Source of the DNA: Eledone cirrhosa
Taxonomy: Eukaryota
Assembly: GCA_964016885.1 (NCBI GenBank)
Contig: OZ024752.1
Span: 25,358,001 to 25,422,000, forward strand
Direction: 5' to 3'
Length of the DNA: 64,000 nt
The position numbers and the translations under genes are program-made. Under the pieces are notes generated by a model, which was not told the origin of the DNA, searched no databases, and saw only the letters and a list, made by a program, of their open reading frames with translations. This document shows, in pieces, positions 52,367 through 64,000 of this stretch (positions within the stretch are counted from its first letter, which is position 1; each line of letters opens with the position of its first letter).

Positions 52367-52712
52367 TGCGAGAATGAAGAGGATATACAGGCATGAAAGG
52401 AATATACAGGCTACTATATGAAGTAGTAATGGCATTCAGTTAGAACAATAACAACAATGACAATAATGCTAGTAATAAATTATTTTAGATGATCCTAACA
52501 TTATACTAGGTGGGGGGTATAGTGTATCTAAGATTTTGGCGTGTAAAACTAGCTGACATGAAGCTGAAGTATAAAGTTGACATGTAAAGAGTGTCGTAGG
52601 GTGTATTATATCAATTTTAAAGATAATCCGGTGTTTATAATCAGATCCATAGCACGAATATCCCGCTTATCCTCTAACCTAGAAATATATTGAGAACAGA
52701 ACACAACCTTTC

Positions 52713-54418
52713 GTGCCCAGGAAACCGAAGATCAATATGAAAGATCACAAAAGAAATTTTGAAAATGACCTGCCAGTCAGATTGATTGCACCATCAAAAT
52801 CTGACCTGGGTAAACTAAGCAAAAACATTCTAGACAGGGTGATACAGCAAATTAAAAACTTGAATTGTTTACCTAACTTGAGCTTGTGGAAGGGAACTGG
52901 AGAGGTTATTGAGTGGTTTAAAGAAATTAAATATAACAATAATAATAAATTTATTCAACTAGATATTGCTAACTATTATTCATCTATTACCCCTAATCTA
53001 CTAAATAAGGCACTAAATTACGCATTCAAACATACAGACCTAACTAGCAATGAAATGCACATTATATTATCGGCTAGGAAAACATTGATAGAATTTAATG
53101 ACCAACTATGGACCAGAGCAGATAGAGATAACAATTTCGACATTACTATGGGATCATCCGACTCAGCTCAGGTAACTGACCTTGTGAGCCTATTTATAAT
53201 CAATTCGCTGCATAGGAAAATACCCGGTGCTACCGGAGGTTTATATAGAGATGACATGCTTTTACTTATTGAAAATAATAACTCTGAACTAAACAGAAAA
53301 AGAAAACAAATTACACAATTTTTTAATTACTTTAATCTAAAAATAGAAATTGAGAATAACCATAGAATAGTCAATTTCCTAGATGTAACATTAAATCTCA
53401 ACACATGTCTTCACTATCCATTTCACAAGTTGAATGAAAACTTAAACTATGTCAGTTTTAACTCTAACCACCCCAGATCTGTTAAAAATACTATAGTAAA
53501 CTCTGTTCAAAAACGTATCTCTAGAATCTCATCTAATAAAAAGATTTTCGACGAAAAAGCCCAGTATTACAATGAAGCGTTAGCTAGAGCAGGATATAGT
53601 GATAAAATTATGTACATAGATAATAATAGACAAACTAACCAAAATAACAACAATTTTAATTACGGCAACAACTTTAACAACTATAATAGAAAGCATTACA
53701 ATAATTCCAAAAGCCAAAAAAGAAATAGAACTAGGAATATAATATGGTTTGCCCCCCCACCCCCTTTCTCACTAAACATTAAAACCCACATCGCTAAACT
53801 ATTTTTAATGCTCTTGATAATCGCTTCCCTAGAACACATAGGTATCACTCAATTTTCAATAGACATACTATAAAATTAACTTACTCATCCACCAAAAATT
53901 TAGCACAAAATATTAATAGAATAAATAATAGGAATTTAAAACCTAGCCAAAATACCGATAATAGCATAAATAATATCCAAGTAAACAAATGTAACTGTAG
54001 AGATAGATCTAAATGTCCGTTAAATAACAATTGCTTAGTTAAAAATATAATATACAACTGTAATGTTAAAACGGACTTAAATTCTTTTAACTATGTTGGT
54101 TCCACCTCGACAGAATTTAAACTTCGCTATAATAACCACAAGAATTCTTTCACAGATCCAAGCAAAAAATCTTCAACATCACTATCAGGCTTACTCTGGC
54201 AACTTAAGCATGATAACGTTGGATATTCGACGGCTTGGAATATAGTCTCAAGAGGGATTCCTTTTAATTCATCCTCTGAGACATGTGACCTCTGCGCGGA
54301 GGAGATATTCTTTATACTAAAATCTAAAAATTCCCTTAATTTACGGACAAATTTATTCAGTTGCTGCAGACATAGATTGAACTCAACTTTTAAATATAAA
54401 TATAAATTTAAAATGTAG
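52713..54418 (+). pseudogene. PLE RT plus GIY-YIG with a frameshift near 53810
   Basis: MKDHK, LDIANYY, FDITMGSSDS, GGLYRDD, then CNCRDRSKCPL and YVGSTSTEFKLR. Confidence 0.9.
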
Positions 54419-55579
54419 TATATTTACTTTGATTTATAATTATTTATGAAACTCGCCGATAAATTTTTCGATTTCTTTTTTATTTTAAACATTCTTCATG
54501 AATAATTAAACTACCCTAAAAGCTGATGCTCCAAATATATCGAATAAATTTTACACTAGATAAACTTCTATATTAAATATAAGACCATCTGTAGATCAAA
54601 TGGGTATCCTAAACTTTTGGAATGATTTCTGCTAGACAGGATTTGGTAAATAATTTTGGTTTTGTTTGCTGTTGATTCTGATGCTTATAACGAATTTGGC
54701 AATATATTGTCAATTAACTTTGAAGGGTTGATCTCTGTGGTTGATTTGCGGGGCATACTGTGTTTTATTTTTAATATTTTTATTTTTAATATTTTTATTT
54801 TTAATATTTTTTTATTTTTTGATATTTTTATTGATATATTGATATCTGTTCTCTATTTATGCTTGAACGATAATCATGTAGAGTAAAGACAAGAATAGTA
54901 TTGTTAAAATTAATGTAGACTCTATATATATTTGTGTGTATGTACACATATATGTATACTAGAATTTTTATAGCACAATGAGAATGTTTTCATGTGAAAT
55001 AGGAATTTGCAGAGTTGATCACGTAAATTCACATGGAAGTCTATAGTATCGAATCTGGGATAACCTTCTATTTTCTTTTTCTTTTCTTTTTTCATGAAAG
55101 TGCATATATACTTATGTATTTCAATTTTTTTTGAAGTTTTTTATCTCAGTTTTTTATCTCAGTTTTTTATCTCAGTTTTTTTTATCTCAGTTTTTTATCT
55201 CAACTCTGATATAAACCTAGGAATTTTAAACTAGACATAGGATCATTATTTTTCACACATTATTGATACGTGTCTCATTCATGAATACTGATATTTACAT
55301 TATAATACCTAATTCATACGAATTGATATTTTTTACATTGATGAAACATAATGTTTTAAATCTGCCTCGTTTATGTCTGGATATTTTTCTTTTCTCTCTA
55401 TGTAACGGCTGTTTTCTCTCCTAACCACATATATCTCTCTCTACATTAATACTAGAACTAACTAAATAAATAAATAAATAAATAAATCATTGATACGTCA
55501 TTCAACTGGTGCCCAACTACCTATTTTCTTTCTCTCTATCTCTATCTATATCTATCTCTCTCTATTTTTTCTCTCTCTC

Positions 55580-55611
<32 letters not shown>

Positions 55612-55860
55612 CTGTGTTTTTTCCTCTCTCTATATATCTCTCTCTGTTTCTTTACATGAATTTCTTCTCTCTATCTATCTCTCTATATCTATCTCTCTCT
55701 ATTTAGTTGCATGCATTTCTTCTTTTTCTTCGCTTTTTTTCTTTCTTTCTTTTTATAACTGTCCCTAACATTTTTCACTACCAAATCAACTTTTTAAATG
55801 GAAGTTGAAGTTGAAAGGTATGTCAAATCTATCTATTTATAAGACTGTTTATATTGTATT

Positions 55861-55919
55861 TTGTCTGAAGAAGGCATACCATATTTTTAATATGATATCC
55901 CTGAAATATATATAATGAA
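55861..55919 (+). ncRNA. Type I hammerhead ribozyme (Hydra-5 3' end)
   Basis: ttgt CTGAAGA agg...catat-tttta-atatg...cct GAAA tatata TA atga. Confidence 0.7.
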
Positions 55920-56048
55920 ATAAATATGGTTTTATAAATATAGTTTCCATTTATTTAATATCGTAAATATACTCCAAATACTCGTTGAGTGCTTTTATAT
56001 CAGTTATAAATATTTACTCGTTGTAACCCAACAATTTAAATAAAACTT

Positions 56049-56116
<68 letters not shown>

Positions 56117-56175
56117 AATATATATATATATACATATATATACATAAATATATATATATACATAAATATATATAT

Positions 56176-57465
<1,290 letters not shown>

Positions 57466-57833
57466 TTACGTCATCAGGGAGTCTATTCTCAGCTAAGTTC
57501 CCAGGCAATGCGCGGACACTAGGAACCCATATAAAAATAATAATTCAGTGGATGGAACAAAGCTAGCGGGGACTAAATTCCAGAGCACTGGAAAAATTCA
57601 CTGCCTACTTGGTCAGTGGCAAATTCTAAAGAATCAATCACGTGACACTGAGGTTAATCAGGGAGGAGTGCTACAGGAGGAGCCTACTACTACTACCATG
57701 AACCATAGCAGTAAATTTTGGCAAGTTTTACTCAACAAATAATTTGGAGATAAATATGTTCCATCCACTGAATTATTATTTTTATATGGGTTCCTAGTGT
57801 CCGCGCATTGCCTGGAAACTTAGCTGAGAATAG

Positions 57834-57915
57834 ACTCCCTGATGACGTAAGGACTTCTCTATAGTTACGTTACGTAACTATATTTATTCCCTTACAGAAA
57901 CTAATTAGTTGGAGT
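57834..57915 (+). ncRNA. Type I hammerhead ribozyme with extended stem II (family C)
   Basis: actcc CTGATGA c-gtaagg...tatagttacg-tta-cgtaactata...ccttac-a GAAA ctaattag TT ggagt. Confidence 0.8.
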
Positions 57916-58375
57916 GAAAATTTTAGTAACTAAGTTAATTTTTAATTTTTAAAATTTTCTTATTTTACGTCTTTCATATAATTGTTCTGCATCCCCTTGC
58001 ATAGAACCACAAAGGTACTAAGACATAACATATATATTTGCTAGCATGGGTATACATCTGTATACATATGTTGATATATATACTAATTCTCTATATTTAT
58101 CTCCAAATTATTTGTTGAGTAAAACTTGCCAAAATTTACTGCTATGGTTCATGGTAGTAATAGTAGGCTCTTGTCATAATACCACCCCACTCCTCACTGA
58201 TTAACCTCAGTGTCACGTGATTGATTCTTTAGAATTTGCCACTGACCAAGTAGGAAGTGAATTTTTTCAGTGCTCTGGAATTTAGTCCCCGCTAGCTTTG
58301 TTCCATCCACTGAATTATTATTTTTATATGGGTTCCTAGTGTCCGCGCATTGCCTGGGAACTTAGCTGAGAATAG

Positions 58376-58456
58376 ACTCCCTGATGACGTAAGGACTTCT
58401 CTATAGTTACGTTACGTAACTATATTTATCCCTTACAGAAACTAATTAGTTGGAGT
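58376..58456 (+). ncRNA. Type I hammerhead ribozyme (family C, next unit)
   Basis: Same motif 542 bp downstream. Confidence 0.8.
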
Positions 58457-58508
58457 GAAAATTTTAGTAAGTTAATTTTTAATTTTTTAAATTTTCTTAT
58501 TTTACGTC

Positions 58509-58599
<91 letters not shown>

Positions 58600-58601
58600 C
58601 A

Positions 58602-58743
58602 TCTCTAAGGCGGGTAAAATTCCCGAGATCCAGCGGTCTCTGTCCTTCATTGTCGCTGCCATGTCCTGCGTCTCCAACAGGCCAGTGTCTGTCCTTAGGG
58701 CATCAATATACGTTAACCTTGGTCTTCCTCTTCTAGTGTGTCC

Positions 58744-58745
<2 letters not shown>
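58602..58745 (-). mobile_element. Inverted 3'-terminal fragment of the RTE LINE
   Basis: Reverse complement of about 61495-61652 with a ~18-bp deletion and substitutions. Confidence 0.88.
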
Positions 58746-58804
<59 letters not shown>

Positions 58805-58818
58805 CATATATATATATG

Positions 58819-58868
<50 letters not shown>

Positions 58869-58908
58869 ATATATATATACATACATATATATATATATAT
58901 ATTTATAC

Positions 58909-59097
<189 letters not shown>

Positions 59098-59122
59098 CAT
59101 ATATATATACATATATATATAT

Positions 59123-61652
59123 GTGTGAGTGCGGAGGAGTTCCATGAGGAGGTCAACACCACTCAGACACACAATATCCTGCTTGTTTTGGGGGACTTCA
59201 ATGCACATCTGAGTAAGGAGGGCAGTGAAGATCCTTGCTGGTACTTCCATAACAACACCAACCGAAATGGAAGACTACTGAGAGACACCCTGCTGGAGGC
59301 GAACTTGATGGCGACCAACCTAAGGTTTAGGAAGAATCTGGGGAAGATGTGGACCTACATCTCAGATATGCACCTGTCCAAGTCCCAGATTGATTTCATT
59401 CTGGTGAGCAAAAAGTGGCGGAATAGTGTTCTGAACACGGAACCATACAGCTAATGCAGTACACTGGGTAGTGACCACCGGCTTGTTATGAGTGAGGTCC
59501 AGGTGAGCTTAAGAAAGAGCAAGGCTCGGCCCTGGAGAACAATCTATGATTGGGGAGCTTTCAAGGAAGATGATAAGCTACAGGAGAGGTTCACAGTGGA
59601 AGTGAGAAACAGGTTTAGTGCTCTGTGTGGAGAGTCAGAGGAGAGAGAGATTGGATGGACTGAGGAGAGTGTGACGAGGAGGTACGGGCACTTCACCAAT
59701 GCAGTGGCGGAAGCAAGTGAAACGCTGGTGCCGAGGAAAAAGAACAAAGGGAAGCACGTCAGCTCTGCAAACCCAAAAGTATGTGCAGCCAGAGAACACC
59801 TGAAAGCTGCCAAGGACCAATTCTATGCTGATCCTACGGAGGAGAGGATGGAGACTGTGGAGGTGATGAGGGAAGAGCTCTGTACCGCTTACACTGAGGT
59901 CAGAGAGGAGGCACTGATAGAGAAGATCAGAAGTGTGGAGAGAGCGGTTGACAGATCTGGATGTAAGGTGAGCTGGATGATCATCAACGATATCACAGGG
60001 AGGAAGAGAGGGTGTTCGAGTCAGATCAAGGGAACGGGGCCCGAGGATAGGAAGAGGAAATGGCTAGACCATTTTAGGACCCTACTAGGAGAGCCACCCT
60101 CCACAGCCCAGAGCACTGGGGAGATCAGGCGGCTGTTTGAGGAACTGGATGTTGAGACAGAGCCCTTCACCAGAGAGGAGCTTCAGAGAGCCAAGAAGAG
60201 GATCAAGGAGTGTAAGGCTCAGGGAGAAGATGGAGTGGCATCAGAGGTGATGAAGAGGTGTGACTTTGATGATATCATCCTGGGGTTCTGTAACGGGGCA
60301 CTGGAGAAATGAGTTGCCCCGAATCAGTGGAGGATCAGTAACATCGTCCCAGTGCCAAAGAAGGGAGATCTCTCTAACACCAACAACTACGGGGGGATCT
60401 CACTGACGTCACTTGTGGCAAAGACCCTCAACAGGATGATTCTTAACAGGGTCCAGCCTGGGATGGAGAAGAAGCTCAGGGACAACCAGAACGGCTTCAG
60501 AGAGGGTAGATCAACCACCAGTCACATCCTGATGCTGAAGAGGATATTAGAGGGAGCTAGAGCAAAGTGCCTTCCTGCGGTCATGGTTTTTATTGACTTT
60601 AGGAAGGCCTTTGATTCTGTGGACCGTTACTGCCTGATGAAGATCTTACAGGCTTATGGAATACCCAAGAAGATAGTGAACCTGATATCACTGCTCTACA
60701 CCAACACCAAAGCCCAAGTCATTACACCTGATGGGATGACAGTGGTCCAGGGAGATACATTGGCTCCCTACCTTTTTATCATCGTAGTGGACTATTGTAT
60801 GCGCCTTGCACTGGAGAAACACCAGGACTCTGGCTTTAGTGTAGCACCGGCTCAGAGCAGGAGAGTTAGGGCGAAAAAGGTATCGGATGCTGAATTTGCC
60901 GACGACATAGTTTGGTGACAAATACAGTGAAGGAGGCAGAGGATTTGATGCGGGAGGTTGAGACTGTGACGATGAGTGTGAGGCTGATAATGAATGAGAC
61001 TAAAACAAAATATCTGGTAGAGAATGTTGAGAAGCCAGAGGGGATCACTAATGTAGGCGGGAAGCCGCTAGAATTGGTTGAGGGCTTCCTGTATTTGGGA
61101 GCAAAGATTGGGAATACGGAAGATGATGTGGTTGAGAGGAAGAGCAAGGCCTGGGCGGCGTGCCACAGCTTGAGATCGGTGTGGAAGTCAGACCTTCGTA
61201 GAGACCTGAAAATCCGCCTCTTCATTGCTGTAGTGGAGTCTGTGCTGCTGTATGGGTCTGAGACTTGGACACTGACCAAGAAACTCACTCAGATGGTGGA
61301 TGGGTGCTACACGAGAATGCTGAGGATGGCTCTGAACATTAATCAGTAAACACTGAGGATGAAAAACTCAGAGCTGTATGGGAACATCCCAAAAGTCAGC
61401 TCAAAAGTGACACAGAGGAGACTGAGGTTAGCTGGACATGCTCACCGACATCCAGAGTTGACATTGCACTCAGTGCTCCTTTGGGAGCCCCTACATGGAC
61501 ACACTAGAAGAGGAAGACCAAGGTTAACGTATGTTGATGCCCTAAGGACAGACACTGGTCTGTTGGAGACGCAGGACATGGCAGCGATAATGAGGGACAG
61601 AGACCGCTGGAGAGAACTCGTCCATGGATCTCGGGAATTTTACCCGCCTTAG
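59123..61652 (+). mobile_element. RTE-group LINE, 5'-truncated (APE plus RT), degraded
   Basis: GDFNA, SQIDFIL, SDH, QNGFREGRST, FIDFRKAFDSV, VQGDTLAP, FADD, LYGSETWTL and RRLRLAGH. Stops and frameshifts. Confidence 0.93.
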
Positions 61653-61672
61653 ATATATATATATATATATAT

Positions 61673-64000
61673 ATTTATTAAAATAACAGATTAAAGTTTA
61701 AGCAAAGAATCGCTGCTTTCACCCTTAACGGGATCTTCTGACCATCAACTACTACATAATGCTGTAACTAAGGATTACCGTAAAACTAATTGGTGCGTCA
61801 TCAATGAAATCAACGATGCTGGGTTTAAAATCACATCTGATCTCAACATCCTGGACCGGACCGAACCTCTGGACCCTATTTCTCCCCACTTTACCCTGAA
61901 GGATCACAAATCCAATTTTCCGAACAACCCCTCTATTCGGCTTATTAACCCTACGAAGTCCGACTTAGGTAGACTTAGTAAAACGATTCTCGATAGAATT
62001 ATACCTGAAATTAGAAGTTTGGCCCCTCTCGCACTGTGGAACAATTCTTTCGCGGTGATTGATTGGTTCAACGGCATATGTAACAAGGAACATTGCCGTT
62101 TTATCCAATTCGACATTAACAATTACTACTCCTCCATCACTTTACCACTTCTCCTTAGAGCTATCAATTTCGCTAAAACACTCACAGTGGTTAAGGATTT
62201 CGAAGTTGGTGTCATCCATAATGCCCGAAAGTCGGTGATTAATTTCGACGACTCTATTTGGATTAAACAATCCAATAGTACCCCCATTCGACGTGAGTAT
62301 GCGCGCCAGTGACTCTGCGGAGGTTACTGATCTCATTGGCCTTTTCCTTCTTTTCTCTATCGAGGACGAATTCCCCAACACGGGCGGTGGTTTGTACCGT
62401 GACGATGGTCTTTTGACCATGACTAAGTGCGGACCTCGTGCTTGCGACAGGTTCAGAAAAGAACTCACAGCCTTCTTTAAAGGCTTCAACCTCTCTATAC
62501 AGGTTGAGGCCAATCTCTCCGTCGTTAATTACCTTGACGTTACCCTTAATTTATTGAATGGGTTGTATTACCCGTATAGAAAGCCGAATGATACGCTTAA
62601 TTACATAAGTAATCATTCCAACCATCCTGCCAGTATAACCAAGAACCTGGTAAAAAAACGTTTCGTTGAGGCTTTCCCGTCTTTCCACCAACGAGCGCAT
62701 TTTCAACGACCATTCCACTTACTACAATGAAGCTCTTGCTCGAAGTGGATTTGTTGATAAGGTAGCATATACAGAGTACGAAAATAGACCTAGAAGAAAT
62801 AGATCCCGTCGCATTTGTTGGTTTAACCCACCATATAATATGGAGGTGGCCACACCATTAGCTAAGATCTTTCTTTCCCTTATTACGAAGCATTTTCCCC
62901 CTACACATAAATATAGTAAAATTTTTAATAGAAATACTATTAAAATGTCTTACTCTACGACTCCTAACCTTGCACATAACATCACAGCTTCAAATTTAGC
63001 TAAACTACCTAGCCGTAGGAACACGTGCAACCCTGTAGTTAGTACTAACTGTAATTGTAGGAATCGGGCTGATTGCCCCCTATCCGGGAAATGCCTCTCT
63101 AGTAACATTGTCTACAAATGTAAGGTTGTAACACCCACGTCCCGTAGGGCCTACATAGGGTTAACCGCCAATAGTTTCAAGCAGCGTCTTTACATGCATA
63201 CCCATTCTTTTCGTTACCCTCTGAGAAGGAATATGACGTCACTTTCAGCTTATATCTGGAGTCTAAAAGACAACCACACCCAATATAAGTTACATTGGGA
63301 GATCCTAGCTAGGGCTAGATCGTATAACGGAAATAAAAGACCATGTGACCTCTGCGCCGCTGAGGCCCTGGAAATACTCTACGCCAGGGACCACATCTTA
63401 AACAAAAAATCTGAGGCAATTTCGGCTTGTAAACATAAATTGTACAAAACTTTCATAACGGATAACACGATCTATACGTGGATATTTTACGTCTTGATGT
63501 GGGAGCTAAGTATATGTTTTGTTTATTCCTTTAATTATTTGCATAGGTAAGTATATATTACCCGTATGTTTTGTGAAGGTATGTATACCTTCTCGTACGT
63601 ATATTTGACTGTTCTGGCGTATAATTTTTACATATTCTGGTATTTAGGGTTTGGCTATGTGTATACGGGAGTTTTGCGTCTGCGTGAGTATGCAGGTTCG
63701 TACGTATGGTGGGTGTGTGTATATGTGTACTTCTTGTTTTAGTTGACTTACGTCTCCGAACATTCGTGTATTTATTTGTAGGTATGTGTGTGCGCTTGTT
63801 ATATACGTTTATATAATTATTTATTTATTTATTTGTACACAAGCATACACACACACACATATTTATATGTGCGTGGTTTTGTATACCTATGGTAAGGTTT
63901 TGAGAATGCTTGTGTATGTACGTATCTGTTTGCGTGTATGTATTTATTTGTTTCTATTACTTCTGTATTGTATTTATTTACTTTGTTCTTAACTCTGTAG
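61673..64000 (+). mobile_element. Hydra-like PLE family 3, 5'-truncated, short inverted terminus 61673-61741, runs off the window
   Basis: FTLKDHK, FDINNYY, GGLYRDDG, WFNPPY and YIGLTANSFKQR. Matches 16822-18459. Confidence 0.92.
61741..63550 (+). pseudogene. PLE RT plus GIY-YIG, frameshifted
   Basis: Tracked ORFs 62019-62312, 62293-62730 and 62666-63550 are consecutive pieces. Confidence 0.9.

Larger units (their letters stand above)
52690..56051 (+). mobile_element. Hydra-like PLE family 5, 5'-truncated
   Basis: RT/EN followed by a long pyrimidine-rich 3' UTR ending in an HHR and TA. Confidence 0.88.

Noticed and set aside
55135-55205. Short (ttttttatctcag)n minisatellite as a regulatory array
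   Set aside because: Simple slippage repeat inside a PLE 3' UTR, with no evidence of function.

Overview
AT-rich animal (non-prokaryotic) DNA with no host gene. An octopod-type tRNA-derived SINE at 2601-2787 suggests a cephalopod, but this rests on recall of the sequence and is unverified. The window is a nested cluster of retroelements separated by long interrupted (TA)n microsatellites. It holds Penelope-like elements (PLEs; RT plus C-terminal GIY-YIG) of several clades: about 5 Hydra-like families, 2 Naiad-like families (one almost intact, 23700-29133), one Neptune-like and one Nematis/Poseidon-like fragment. It also holds one CR1/L2-group LINE, one RTE-group LINE and one SINE. Reading both strands gives more than 35 type I hammerhead ribozyme (HHR) motifs in about 12 sequence families, most with a short palindromic stem III. 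Some carry a U3-A8 core variant and some have a very long stem II. The most striking structure is a 5-kb head-to-head palindromic array of about 10.5 near-identical 469-bp non-coding units, each with one HHR (11438-16410). At least two other non-coding HHR units (about 485 and 542 bp) and two HHR-less units (about 538 and 596 bp) show the same tandem build, and all but the 596-bp unit also have a fold-back arm. My inference is a community of retrozyme-like, probably circular RNAs copied into TA repeats by the co-resident PLE enzymes. Almost all short ORFs in the supplied track are microsatellite artefacts. Boundaries were read by eye and may be off by a few bases.
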